DNA of 64,000 bases from the human T2T-CHM13v2.0 reference genome, Homo sapiens (GCF_009914755.1 NC_060937.1); one strand, 5' to 3'; shown: positions 48,054 to 62,420, counted from the first letter of the stretch. The notes: a model not told the origin generated them from the letters alone. Numbers and translations: made by a program.

Positions 48054-48510
48054 TATTGAAAAAAAAAACAATATTTATTATACTTATTAAGATAGTAAGG
48101 CAAATTTTATTCAGGACTATTTCAATAGTTATGGGGACAACGTCAACGAGGTTTTGCAGCGCAAGACACAAACTGGGCTCAATTTAATACAGACAAATGC
48201 AGGTTGATAGTCCAGAAGCAGGGTGTGGAACAGTGAAGGAAACATTACTGTGATAAAACATCAAGGGTAGGGAGATTCTCGCTAGACTCACTCACAGGAT
48301 TTTTGCTGAATATAGTCTAGTGTGATACGATATACAGGGTGAGGGATGAGAAACTTCATCTGATATCAAGGCTGGAGGATTTTCACCAGACTGCCCCAGA
48401 AGAATTCTTGTGAAAGTGCACTAAATAGGCCAAGGACAGAGCCTAAGGCAGGGGCCTTAAGGGCTTAGAGGAGCGTGACTTTAGTTAGATCAAAGAGAGA
48501 GTCTTTGTCA
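48054..48510 (-). mobile_element. MER31-like (ERV1) solo LTR
   Basis: Right end gatcaaagagagagtctttgtca is the reverse of the MER31 start TGACAAAGACTCTCT; reverse poly-A signal tttatt near 48106. Confidence 0.75.
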
Positions 48511-50133
48511 TTCTCAGACTTAAACATGATCTCTTTTATAATAAACAATATTTAAGCAGGAGGGTATATTCCTATACAAATGGGGGCAAAATAAACTGGT
48601 ATAACAGTACATTGTGCTCTTCTCCTAAGCACAATTCCTCTAAAGCATGGGAATTTAGAGTTGCTGAGGGACAATTGGGAGACGTTCTGTCTACCGTCAA
48701 AGAACATGTTTACACACAAAGAAAGCTGAACCATGAATACAAATTGCTCTGAACAAGGAAATTACTGATCTTACACTAATTAGTAATACCTTCTCTAGGA
48801 AGAAAATCACTCTGGAGGTTTAGCAAATGGTAAATGCCAATGAGCTACTCACAGGCTTGTCTCAAAGAATAGCCCACTTCCAGATACAAACATACTTGCT
48901 TTTTTTTTTTTCTTTTTCTTTTCTTCACCAGTCTCTGAACAAGTTACTTGATATTGAAAATGGTTTCATGTCCAGTTCTATTCTCCAGAATGGAAATGAT
49001 CTTGCTTTTATTTTTTCTATCTCTCAGTTGTCTTTTATTACAAAAGAAAAGAGGGAACATTTTGCATGCTCTTCTACAGAAATCATTCTTTTGAGAGCTT
49101 TCTTTATTCTGATTTCTGTTAGTTTTTCCATATCATCCTGTTGGATCTTATAAATGTCAAGAGTGTCAACTACCTGAATGCCTTTGAACTCCCTCAGAAC
49201 TTCCTTCCTTATAGTTATTCTCTGATTGTTAAGCTAGCTTTCCATTGATCTGTTTTCCTCCCTCCCTCTTTTAAGCTTCTTTCTATGTTAGTCACTACTT
49301 CTGTTTACCCACTCAGATACTAACTCCCATTCACTTTAAACCACTTTTTATTAGAAGTCATGCTGACTCTGCCATGCTCTCATGCTGTCTCTTGGCAGCT
49401 GTCCTCTCAAAGCTTTAGATTATTGATCATCCTGCAGATGATAAATTAAGCTGAAATTCCTCTCCTTCACTTCTGATGTTATCCATTTTTAAGTTTGAAA
49501 TCAGCATTTCCAATATGCTTTACTTTATAGAAAGTATTATATGCATTAGTTGATGGATTGTTTATTAGTAACTAATATATTCAAAAAGAACCTATAGAAA
49601 TTGAGAGCTCCAATGACCTTGAATTTATTTTGTGTATAACTTAAATATGAGGTAGATGAGACTTAGAAACATTGTGATATGAAATAGGTTTAAGTTGTAA
49701 GTTAGTAAATAAACTAGAAAAATAGATTCCACTTTATTAGTATGAATAGCTTATTAATATATGTAAATATTAACAGCATTACTTCATAATATAGATCATT
49801 AAAACCTTTATATATATACTATATATTGTTTGCTTAAATATATAAATAGAAAAATACTCCATTTCTTGTATTTTGTTATTCTCCATTAGTCCTGTGAGAA
49901 AATGGGAACCAGATTTTTACTCTCAAGTGACATCTCAAAGCCAAATATATTAGTAGATTACCAATTAGTTAGATATTGACAAGTTACCAATATTTAAACA
50001 TGGTCATCTACTGTTTTAATTTTACAATTTTTCTTTTCCTTTCTTCTTTAACCAGAAAAGTCACCAATAACTTCTTTGAAATAGTACAAATATTTTGTTT
50101 CATATTTTTTTTTCAGTTTTCCTTCATTGCTTG

Positions 50134-50725
50134 TGTAGAGGAAAAAGGTTTTCCTCAACCCTATTAGAGTCACTGGCTAGTTCTGCAAATAAAATTGGCA
50201 AAGATAGATTAATAGGAGAAAAGTGCATGAATTTATTTAATAGATTTCACATGATACAGGAACTTTCATAAGGAAATGAATATCCCAAGGAACAGGAGAT
50301 ATCTGAGTGTTTTTAGCTAGGTTTAATAAATAAATGAATGGTTGTGAAGTATGATTGGCCAAAGGGGATATAATCTAATGATATCAAGCTGCAAGGAATT
50401 TAGGCCTATTTGTTCAAGTTCTTCTCTGTGTCTCTGTGTCTTCAGAGATAAGGACATTCCTTCTTTTTGGGTATGGGTAGGCACCTTTCACACGGCCCTT
50501 ATGACCTGCTTTAAAGGGAAACTGGAGCTTTTTTTTCTTTATGGCTTGCTTTATAGAAGGCCAGATAGTCCTCTCTAGATTTTAAACCCTGCTTCAGGGA
50601 GGAAGGCTGGGAGAAGGTCAGAGAAATTTTTTTTGCTTCTGTTATGTTCTTAATTTATTTCAACCTAAAATACTCAGTATGAGAAGGTGCCATATTTTGG
50701 GGTAGTATGTCCTGAGCCCCCCTCA
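50134..50725 (-). mobile_element. MER34-family (ERV1) solo LTR
   Basis: Right end aaggtgccatattttggggtagtatgtcctgagccccc..tca matches the reverse MER34 start; tg...ca termini; 4-bp TSD cttg at 50130-50133 and 50726-50729. Confidence 0.8.
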
Positions 50726-51527
50726 CTTGAAAAAAAACTTGATATGAAGCTTCTTGGTTTGAAAAATTAGTTATAGAAATTGACTAGTAGTGAAAGGGTA
50801 AATAATCTGAAACACTAAAATGCTGCTCCAGAGGTTCCAGTTGATTTCAAAACCCCAAAGTCCTCATGTTGTAACAGTGGATTCATTTGTCTTTCACCTT
50901 AAGATCTAATCTGCTTTCAAAGACCAATATTGATTTTAGAGGAAGAAAATTACACTTACCAATGGTTATATATTTTTTATAATTATATAACTTTGAATTC
51001 AGGATTATATTTACTAGAGGAATTTTTATTCGATTCTAAAACAAACTCACTATTAGCTCCCCAGGAGTGAAAAATGCCTCCCTGTGATTATGTTATTTTA
51101 TTGATTATTTGTCTTTCCATATTTCTAGGCCTGACTTGCTGAATCATTCTAGACCAATTGTTAGGTGCTCAAATCATATCATTTTGCTTCAGCTACCTCT
51201 CAGTTTACAGCTCTCTAGTTTGTAGTTATAATATTCCTGTATGAGAAATTCCATACTCTTGCCATAGAGTTCCAAAGAGAAGGAACTCTATGATAGCAGA
51301 AGCATGGCTGCTGCGATTGGCCCTGCTTTAAAATAGTGCACAATTCAGGAGTGGACTCTCTACTACACGCTTTTTCAGTTGGAAGAACATTTTCCAAGGT
51401 CCAGATCGTAGCATTCTAAATGTTCTCCATCTCTTTGATCTCAAGTGAAATTGAACAATAACAGATGCTATTAAATGTCCCATGAAATTTTGAATTTTAT
51501 TTAAAATGTTTATTTTTTTTTACTTAA

Positions 51528-51603
51528 TAGATATGATGTGCATTATTCAAGTGATGGATATTCAAAAAGGCCTGACTTTACCATTCACAATCCATGCATG
51601 TAA
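51528..51603 (+). mobile_element. L1PB 3'UTR fragment
   Basis: tgtgcattattcaagtgatggatattcaaaaaggcctgactttaccatt..atccatgcatgtaa. Confidence 0.65.
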
Positions 51604-51604
51604 T

Positions 51605-52582
51605 TGGTTAATCGAACAGACCCTTCTTGGCCAAGGTGATCCCTGAGAAACCTGAAAACCTAAATTCCCAGCCATGATTGGAAGGGAGATCAGATACACT
51701 TCATTGCACCCCCTCCCTTTTGGAATTTAGGCACAATAGCATTAAGGTTAAAATACACATCATAAGACTGACAAAATACTCTTTGTGGCAATAAGATATC
51801 AGATTATAAACAAGACTTAAGGCTATGCAAGGCAAGAGTTAAGATACACCCTATTCACCATAAAATCTTCTTAAATTTTTAAAAATTAACCTGGTGTAAT
51901 GTGGCTTGCTTTTTAACCTGATTCTGGTATAGCAATCATATGACAGATAGCATATGCCGAAGGAAATTAAAATGTTTTACCCTAAAATCTATTTCTTTGA
52001 CATATTTTGAAATGGCCCTTCAAAGCTGTCTTTTGTGGGGGAAATTTGCATCTGTAGAAAATTTTCATTAATGCAGCCAGACCCTCCTTTTCTAGGCCTT
52101 TCCTACATCTAGGAGAAATAAACTGAGTCTGACACCTTTAAAGTTCTGAAAAGAGACATTTACTATTTTCTCTGAAGACTACCTATGAGGCTTCATCTAC
52201 ATACCAAAGGCCTTGGCTGTCTCTCTCCCCATCCTAATTCAAGCATTCCGGTCTACTAACTTCAAGTCTTTAGGCAATAGCTTAATTTTCTAATCCCATT
52301 GTTAACTAAAGAATCCCTAAAACCCACCTATGACTTATAAACCCCCACTTCAAGGTAGCTCACCTTTTTGGGACAAACCAGTGTACACCTTTCTCATATT
52401 GATTTATGTCTTTGCTTATAATTGCTGTATCCCTAAAATGTATAAAACGAAACTGACCCCACCAACTTGGGGCCACTTATTCAAGGCTTCTTGTGTTTGT
52501 GTTTTCTCTGGGCCATGATTACCCATATTGGCTCAAGATAAATCTCTTTAAAATACTTTAGAGTTTGGGTTTTCCATTAACA
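51605..52582 (+). mobile_element. MER4D-like (ERV1) LTR lacking its first ~30 bp
   Basis: gacccttcttggccaagg..ctctttgtggcaataagata..tttctttgacatattttgaaatggccct..ccctaaaatgtataaaac..catattggctcaagataaatctcttt..ttaaca. Confidence 0.85.
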
Positions 52583-52619
52583 AATGGGTTGACATATACA
52601 AGTAGAAAAGGTAAAAAGA

Positions 52620-53180
<561 letters not shown>

Positions 53181-53715
53181 CAATTTTCCCAGTCTTTTAA
53201 ATTCCTGGGAAAAATTATAAATCAATCAATCAATAAAAGCAAAATAAACATTGAGAAAGAAAAGTGTTTATTTTTTAAATGTATTTTTTTAAATAACCAA
53301 GCAGGCTTTGAATAGAATAAACACACACATACACACAAACCACACATACACATACTAAATTTTTAGTCTGATATTTAAGTGTAGGGGATCAACTGAGTCA
53401 AATGTTCTAAAAGTAAGCTGTGTTTATGTAACCACATTTGCAGTTATTGTATTATTAGAACATAAATATTACAATTGTAAATGTAAAGTTTCCCCTTTGG
53501 GATAGCTAAACAACTACAGAATCATGCGTAATAAACTTGAAACTTGCAAATTATAATTTGATTACAAAATTATATTTGGCATTATTATGAACTTTAAAAA
53601 AATTGAAAAGAAACAAGCTATATTTTATTTTCTGTTTTGTTCTTTCTTATATATGAATTAATTTGTTCAAAGATGAGAAATAAGAACTAAAGTACCATTA
53701 TTTATATTTAAATTG

Positions 53716-53891
53716 GTGAATATTCCTCAAAGTGTAGTCCCTGGACTAGCATCATCAGTGTCATAGAGGAATCATGCAAATTTTCTGGTCCTAACCCAAG
53801 ACCTATTGGATTAAAAACTGGTGCTAGGACCCAACATTGTTTTACCAAGCCCAACAGGTGATTCTGATGCAGCACAATTTAAGAGCCACTG
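53716..53891. mobile_element. MER5A MITE
   Basis: ctcaaagtgtagtccctggactagcatcatcag..atgcaaattttctgg..caggtgattctgatgca..tttaagagccactg. Confidence 0.85.
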
Positions 53892-54100
53892 GCTTAAATT
53901 GAAAGAAAAAAACAAAAACAAAAACAACACAAAAACAGCTCTTAATTAGAAAGTAAGCTATTCTTAAATAGTAAAAACCAATGAAAACTTTATTTAAAAT
54001 GCAAACAAAGGTTTACAGAATAAAATTAAAATAAAAGCAAACATTAAATAATAGATGAGTAGGTCTTTATTGTTCATAAATTTTTTTTTAGAAATTCTAG

Positions 54101-54419
<319 letters not shown>

Positions 54420-55182
54420 CTAAAATGTGTTTGCTTTTCATAATCTTAGAAAGAATTAGAAATTCTAATGAAATTTATTATATGAATTTGAATATTGCAT
54501 ATGATACTCTATGCTTGTTGAATATGATGACTTCATTCATAGGGTCAGGTTATACATAATTGTCAATGGCCAGTTTGCTACTCACATGTAAAACGATATA
54601 ATTTTAAAACCATAGAAGTGAATGTTTAGTAATTAGCTTCTTAATGAAGAATTTGGAAGTGAGCCTATTTTTTTGGCTTTGTTAACAATGAGTTTATTAG
54701 CCCTGCTCTAATGAAACTCACATTTTTCTCTCTCTGCTTACCGAATGAGCTGTTTAAAGGCAAAGATCAAGAGCTTTGCTTAGTAAACAAAAATTAACAA
54801 ACTCACAGCAGGTGTTGTCAGCCTGATATTCGAGTTTCATAGGGAAGTAATTTAAACACATCAATGAAAGCAAGACTGTAGAAACTATTAGTTTAAATTT
54901 ATTATCTTTTATGGCTATTTCTTAAGAAATTCATAGTCTTTCGAGGGTAATTTTAATAATTTGCCATCTATTTTGCCCATAAATCTATTTTTTCTAATTT
55001 AGGGCTAATATTGTTTTACTAGGTGCTAAGGAACCCATATAAAGGATAGATGTATTTAATTCAATGCTTTCTTGTAATAAATTGTTAAGAGCAGTTATTA
55101 GAGTTGACCATCAAACTGATAAAAACCTCTATGAGCAGTGAAGAAAATTGCAGTGTGGGGTACACTAGTATAAGAGTTTAAG

Positions 55183-55720
55183 TTTTTATTTAGCAAACAT
55201 TTATTGACCACTTTTTATATGCTAGAGCAGTGGTTCTCAAAGTGTAGTTCCAATGCAGGCAACATTACCATTATCTGGAAACTTATTAGACATGATAACC
55301 CAAAGGTATGCAACCCTAGATCTATTGAATTGTAAAGTCCGAGTCTGGGAGCAACAATCTGCACTTGTTAAAATTATGTCCACATGTTTCTAAAACCCAT
55401 TAACATTATGAAACCACTATCCCAGTGAAGCAGTATAGTATTTACTGACTATATAAATATGGAAAGATACAAAAGAAGGAAGGGAATGAGAGAAAAAAGA
55501 GATAGAGGGAGAATAAAAGATGTATGGATGGATAAAGCACAATTTCTACTTTAAATTTGTTCACAGTCTAGGAGAGAAGAGAGCTATATCAGTAATAAAT
55601 GTAAGTGAATAGGCTTCAAGAAAGATATGTGCTGGGTTATTTGACAACATTATAGGACTGGTTAATACCTAAGAGTTAGTGGAGAAAGCTATACCTGAGA
55701 AGTTATGAAGGGGATTGGTA
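55183..55720 (-). mobile_element. L2 relic split by a MER5 insertion
   Basis: tttatttagcaaacatttattgaccactttttatatgctag then ctactttaaatttgttcacagtctaggagagaaga. Confidence 0.55.
55228..55419. mobile_element. MER5A MITE
   Basis: cagtggttctcaaagtgtagttcc..atctggaaacttattaga..caacaatctgcac..gaaaccacta. Confidence 0.8.
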
Positions 55721-55914
55721 GATAAGTTTCAGATAAGAGTCTGTCTGTATTATACTTCACCTCTTTCCTTCTCTGCCTCATGTTTAGATTATGTTTCCAT
55801 GTTTGGTTTAGTAAATCAATTATTATTACTGATTATTTATACTGAAAACAGTGTTTTTCATAATTAGATTAGTAATAAATATAATTAAAGGCAATTGGGT
55901 GGCTATTTTACATT

Positions 55915-56130
55915 GCAAAGCATTTATTTATTCATCACTTCAATTTAGTTTTAAAAGATAGTTCTATGCATTAAAGAGATTAGTTATAATTTTGCTTTGT
56001 CAAATAAGGAACTGAAGCATGGAACGATTGACTTGTTACCTCTGGGTGTTGAAGCTACTTAAGGGGAGAGATGAGACTCAATATGTTATCTCACCATGAT
56101 CCTTAGGGTCTTCCCTTCATCCACATTGTT
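55915..56130 (-). mobile_element. MIR relic
   Basis: tttgtcaaataaggaactgaagcatggaacgattgacttg. Confidence 0.5.
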
Positions 56131-56182
56131 TTTCTCTGCACGACTTAAAATAAGCACAAATTAACTCAAATTTTGGCCACCT

Positions 56183-56508
56183 TGCCAAGCACCATGGCTC
56201 ATGCCTGTAATCCTAGCACTTTGGAAAGCCAATGTGGGTAGATCTCTTGAGACCAGGAGTTCGAGACCAGCCTGGGCAATGAGGTGAAACCCCATCTCTA
56301 CAAAAAATGCAAAAATTAGCTGGGCATGGTTGTGTGCACCTACAGTCCCGGCCACTCTGAAGGCTGAGGTGGGAGAAGCGCTTGAGCCCAGGAGGTCAAA
56401 GCTGCAGTGAGCTGCGATGGCACCACTGCACTCCAACCTCAGCAACAGAGTGAGACCCTGTCTCAAAAAAAAAAAAAAAATACAACCAAAAAACAACAAT
56501 AACAACAA
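56183..56508 (+). mobile_element. AluJb-like, full length
   Basis: gcttgagcccaggaggtcaaagctgcagtgagct J-type; A/(CAA)n tail; flanking tggccac / tggccat. Confidence 0.93.
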
Positions 56509-58033
56509 AAACTGGCCATCAATGAGGAGTTTATGTTCTATTTGTCTCAAAAAATGGCATGTATAGTAAAATATGTCATGCAAAAACATTTTCAAAGTAT
56601 ATATGAAACAAAAATAAAATAATTTATAATTAAATAGTTATGAAGGTACAGAACAACTCACAAAGGCCAATATTTCTCTGTATGAAGCAGTCAACAAAAA
56701 CATATATGGGCTCTGCAGCCTGATTGTTAAATAGTTAAATCTTAGGTTGACTATGTCTTTCATGGTGCTTAACCATGCAGACTGATAGTTAAATCCTGAA
56801 TTTTGTTATTATTAAGTTTTTAATGTTATATCTTTAAAACGAAACTCAGTCAAGTTAAAAAAAAAGAAGTGAACAATATCTACAAAAGCCTAACAAATAT
56901 ATTTCCTAAATGATGCACCATCAGAAAGCTATCGTTTTTTACTTAAAGTAGATAGAAAGTTTATTGTTTACCTTCTTAGTATACTCTGAATAGTTATTAA
57001 ATTAATTATGTTACAGATATTTCTATACATCCTAATAAAATTTGCAATAATATTGATGAATAAATTGTTTTCTTCTATTTTCAGTATATAACATTAACTG
57101 TTTATTATTTTAGATTTTTGAAATTAAATGGACAGAATTTTCATTTGTAAATGAATTTTGTCAAAATTAAAGTTTGTTTCAACAGCAAATTACATATAGA
57201 AAATTGAAATAAATTTTGAAAACTGAATGATTTTCTCTAATTTTATAAACGTTAAGATGATGTTTATTCAGCATTAACTCAGCATTTCACTATATCCCAT
57301 GTTGGTTTTATAAATATTGAATAATTATACAGGTTCTATTTAAATAATCAGTATAGGACTACACATTATTTGATCAACCACATGCTCAAAGAAGATGTTA
57401 AAACAATTATTTGCAAGTGTATGAATCAAAAATGCATTTATTTTGCATTATCAAAATATCTGTTGATTGCTGTAGTTTTAAGTAATTGTTTTCCAGAATT
57501 TAAGATAATTTTAATAATGAAGTTTTCACATTCAGAATAAAGTTAGAAGTTAACTATCAGTAAGAATTTTTAAATCATAACAGTGTCCTGCAATCAGTGG
57601 AAGCATGTTACAGATAAGTGCATGTATATGTGTACAGGAATGGTTATCCCTTCTATTTCTAGTTCAAAATTGATAAAATCTTGAGAATTTTCTATAAGTT
57701 ACTGAAGCCTAGCAAATTAACTTTAGCCATTACTTTTGTGATAGTGACATCTGAAATAGGCAACGAAAAGTTTTCCAGTTTTCCACCAGGAACTTGAAAA
57801 CGTTGATAATCTTGCAATTAAAAAACATTTAAATGCATATCGTATTGTTTTTTACTTGAAGAATCCATCTGGATTCTCTCTTTTCTAAGTCCATTTGTTT
57901 AAGTCTTCTTTTCAAAAGGTCAAAGTCCATGTATTAATTTTATATTATGCTCTATTACAAGTAAACAGCAAAACAAAACAAAAAATAGAAAATATTTTAG
58001 TTTCCTTAGTAAGCTTAATATTATTATTTCCTT

Positions 58034-58490
58034 AGTTTAGGAGGTTGAATGGTATCCCCCCAACATACGTCAACCAGTAATCTTCCCATGTAGACTTATT
58101 TGCAATAAGTTTATTTGCAGGTATAATTAGGGTTAGGATCTTTCGAAGAGATCATCTTAAAATAGGGTGTGCCCTGAATACAATGACAAGTGTTTTTGTA
58201 AGAGACAGAAAAGAAGACACATACACACAAGACAGAAGGCCACATGAAGATGGGGGAAGAGATTAGAGTCATATAGTTACAAGCTAAGGAATGCCAAGGA
58301 TTGCCAGAAGGTACCAAACTCTTAAAAATAAGCATGAAGCAGATTCTCCCCCTGAGCCTCCAGAAGGAATCAGCCCTGCCACCTTGATTTCAGATTTCTG
58401 CTTTCTGGAACTGTGAGAGAATACATTTCTGTTTTTTAAAGCCACCAAGTTTGTGGTGATTTGTTACAGCAGCCCTAGGAAATAAATACA
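58034..58490 (+). mobile_element. MLT1C-like (ERVL-MaLR) solo LTR
   Basis: gaaggccacatgaagatgg..aaggaatgccaaggattgcc..gagcctccagaaggaatcagccctgcc..gttacagcagccctaggaaataaataca. Confidence 0.88.
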
Positions 58491-58679
58491 TTGATTATAG
58501 ATGCTAAGTCAATACTTAAAAAATTATCTGTCCATCATTCATTGCCCACCAAGTACATTTCTGTAGATGTAAATTGAAGTTACATCACTTGTACATTAGA
58601 AAAGTTTATTATAATCTCTGTTACAAAATTTTGCTGGGGATTCTTAATGTCTCCACCTTTAGAATCAACTCAATTTTAT

Positions 58680-59150
58680 TGAATCAGACAGAATTCAATT
58701 ATAAACAAGAAAAACAAACAAACACAGACCAATTTAGGTATTTTAAGAAAGATATCTCTAAGAGAATTAGATGTTCACAAAATTGTTGGGAGGGTAGAGG
58801 CAGTGTTTTCTTGTCTGAATCCCCTTGAATAATTTTTCCATGTAATTAAACAATGATTTGCTGTGGGTACTTATGCCCTAAGGCAACCTTTTGAGTTTTG
58901 GTTACAGTAAAAACTTCACCACTATAACACCTGTCTCTCAATATTCAGAAAGCTGTAGAATGAAGAACCACAGCTTTGGTTTAAGTAACACAAGTCAAAT
59001 TGCTTACTAGCAGCCATAGCCAAAAACCTTACTTCTGCTTTTTAAATCAGTTGTGACTGCATCTAATTGGTAAAACCAAAGTCAAGTCCAGAATTCTAGC
59101 TACAAAGAATTTTGTGAAATGTATATTTTAGCTTCTCAACTCCCTACATG
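58680..59150. mobile_element. Old MLT1 (MLT1N/O-like) LTR relic
   Basis: ctgcatctaattggtaaaaccaaagtca..ctagctacaaagaattttgtgaaatgtatattttagcttctcaac. Confidence 0.5.
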
Positions 59151-59629
59151 TACAATTGCCTTACATTTGGTTTCATGCTTTGCTGTTGACATGTTGGAAT
59201 TCTTAAGAATTGAGTAAAAAGCCCAATATTCTTATTTTGCATTGAGTCCCCCAAATTATGGAGCTGGTACTATTAATAATCTTTACAGTTCTGACATGTT
59301 ACCAAGTTCTAATATTGCAAAGATATCTGTTAGGGTATTTCTTTTATTACTTGTCCCTCTAAATCTCAATTTCCTGGATTCTATTGTTATATTGTTTCTT
59401 GATGCTGACTGTTGGTGGAATCACAGTTTTCTGCATCTTCTCAAATTACTGGACTTGGAAGTCTGCCAGTATCCACTTATTATCTTTGTCTGGAGTTCCA
59501 TAATACTCCTACTATCTGAATACTTCTATCCTTCACTCACAGTTACACTATCCTAATGCTGAAATGTTCCGCTGCTTCAGATTTTATTTGCTCTCTCATA
59601 CCCAATTCTACTTGAAACTAATATCCTGT

Positions 59630-62079
59630 TGATATGGTTTGGATCTGTGTCCCCAACCAAGTATCATGTTCAATTGTAATCCCCAATGTTGGATGTGGAG
59701 CTGGTGGGAGGTGATTGAATCAAGGAGGTGCATCCTTCATGAATGGTTTAGAACCATCCCTTTGGTGCTGTTTTTGTGATATAATTCTCAAAATATCTGG
59801 TTAAAAGTGTATGGAACCTCCCCACCTTTGTCTTTCTCCCACCATGTAAGACACCTCAGTCTCCCTTGGCCTTCTGTCATAATTGTAAGTTTCCTGAGGC
59901 CTCCCCAGAAGCTGAGCAGTTACCAGAATCATGCTTTCTGTACAGCTGCAGAACCAGCAGCCAATTAAACCTCTTTTCTTTGTAAATTACCCAGTCTCAG
60001 GTATTTCTTTATAACAGTATGGCAACGGACTAATACAGAAAATTGATACTGAGATGTGGGGCATTGCTCTAAAGATACTTGAAAATGTGGAAGCCACTTT
60101 GGAACTGGGTAATGGACAAAGGTTGGAAGAGTTTGGAGGGCTCAAAAGAAATCAGAAATATGAGAAAAAATTTAGAACTTCCTAGAGACTTGTTGAATAG
60201 TTGTGACCCAAATGCTGATAGTGATATGGACAGGGAAGGCAAGGCTGATTAAGTCTTAGACAGAGATGAGGAACTTATTGGAAATTGTGGCAAAGTTCAC
60301 TTTTGTTATGCTTTAGCTTAGAACCTTAGTACATTTTGTCCCTGCCCTAGGGAATTTTGAATTTCAGAGAGCTGATTTATGGTATCTGGCAGAAGAAAAT
60401 TTTAAGCAGCAAAGCATTGAAAATGTGACCTGGGTGCTTCTAACAACACAGGCTTATGTGCGTGAGCAAAGAAAGGACCAGATATTGGAACTAATATTTA
60501 AAAGGGATGCAGAGCATAAATGTTTGGAAACACTGCAATCTGGCCAGGTGGTAGAAAGAAAAGCTCATTTTTGGGGAGGAATTCAAGCAGGTTGCAGAAA
60601 TTTGCATAACTGAAAGGAAGGCAAATGCTGATAACCAAGATGATGGGACAAAGGTCTTGAAGGTATTTTAGAGTCCTTCATGGTAGCCCCTCCCATCACA
60701 GGCCCATAGGCCTAGGGGGTCCGAATAGTTTCCTGAGACAAGACCAGGCCTCTGCTGCCCTGCTTAGCCTCAGGGCACTGATTCTTGCATCCCAGCCACT
60801 CCAGTTCCAACTGTGGCTAAAAGGGGCTAATGTACAGCTTGGGCTGATGCTTCAGAGAGTGCAAGCCATAAGCCTTGGAGACTTCCATGTGGTGTTAAGC
60901 CTGCGCTTGCACACAGTACAAGATTTGAGGCTTGGGAGCTTCCACCTAGATTTCAGAGGATGTATGGAAAAGCCTAGATATCCAGGAATAAGCCTACTGC
61001 ATTATTGGAGCCCTCACAGAGAAACTATACTAGGCCAGTGTGGAGGAGAAATGTGGGGTTGGAGCCCTCACACAGAGTCCCCACTGGGATACTGCTGTGA
61101 GAAGAGGACCACTGTCCTCTGGTGGAGCTGCAAGAAAAGGGCCACTGTCCTCCAGACCCTAGAATGTAGATACACTAGCAGCTTGCACCTTGCATCTGTA
61201 CAAACTACAGGCACTAAAAAGGAAGCCTTGAGAGCAGCCATGAGGGCTGAATCTTGCAAAGCTATGGAGACGGACCTGCCCATGGCTTTGAGAGCTCACT
61301 CTTCGCACCAGTGTGCCCTGGATGTAGACATAGAGTCAAGGTAAATTATTTTGGAGCATTAAGATGTAATGACTGCCCTGCTGGGCTTTGGACTTGCATG
61401 AGGTCTGGAGCCCCTTTCTTTTGGCTGATTTCCCCCTTTTTGTATGGCAGTATTTACCCATTGCCTATATCCACATTGTATCTTGCAAGTAAACTACTTG
61501 TTTTTGATTTTACAGGTTCATAGGTGGAAGGGACTATCCTTTTCTCAGATAAGACTTTGGACTTTGGAGTTTTGAGTTAAGGCTGGAATGACTTAAGACA
61601 TTGCGGGACTGTTGGGAAGGCATGACTTTATTTTGCAATGTGTGAAGGACATAAAATTTGGGAGGGGTCAGAGGTGAAATGATGTGGTTTGGATCTATGT
61701 CCCCATCCAATTGTCATATTCGATTGTAATCCCCAGTGTTGGAGGTAAGGCCTGGTGGGAGGTGATTAGATTCATCATGGGCATGCATCCTTCATGAGTA
61801 ACTTAGAACCATCCCTTTGGTGTTGTTTTTGTGATAGAGTTCTCATGAGATCTGGTTGTTTAAAAGTGTTTGGCATCTCCCCACTTCCTCCTGCTGCCAT
61901 CATGTGAAACACCTTGCTCTCCCTTTGCCTTCCATCATGACTGTTTCCTGAGGCCTTCCTAGGAGCCAAGCAGATGCCAGAATCATGCATTCTGTATAGC
62001 CTATGGAACCACCTATTTTCTGTATAAATTACCCAGTCACAGGTATTTATTTATAGCAGCATGAGAATGGGCTAATAGA
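59630..62079 (+). mobile_element. Complete MSTA (ERVL-MaLR) element: 5'LTR 59630-60037, internal 60038-61679, 3'LTR 61680-62079
   Basis: Two homologous LTRs (tgatatggtttggatct...ctaataca); MaLR internal sequence (gaaaatgtggaagccactttggaactgggtaa); purine tract gggaggggtcagaggtgaaa before the 3'LTR; TSD cctgt / cctgc. Confidence 0.95.
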
Positions 62080-62119
62080 CCTGCCTTAGAATATAGACAG
62101 ATACATGGTACATTGCATC

Positions 62120-62420
62120 ACTAGTATGACTTTTCTACCACTGACCAGGGAAGACAGTCATGCATTTAAGCATTACAACACAGCTTTCCTCAAGTTTATT
62201 TTATATCTTAAATAAGGATACTGTGTGTGTTATAGCTACATGACAGGAGGCAGTTTGTAATTTAGTTTAAAGCTGACCAATTAGGAAATGTGGAGACCTT
62301 ACTTCACATCTCAGTTATGCAGTTAACTACACATGAGACCTCTGCATATCTCCTTCTTCCTCTTTCTCAGCCTATAAGTTAGAGAGACCATACAAATGGC
62401 CTGTTAGTTCCCCTCCAACA
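62120..62420 (+). mobile_element. MIR relics
   Basis: aattaggaaatgtggagaccttacttcacatctcagttatgcagttaactacacatgagacctctg resembles the MIR 5' core. Confidence 0.45.

Noticed and set aside
60847-61344. 165-aa ORF
   Set aside because: It lies within the degraded MSTA internal region; I see no sign of a host gene.
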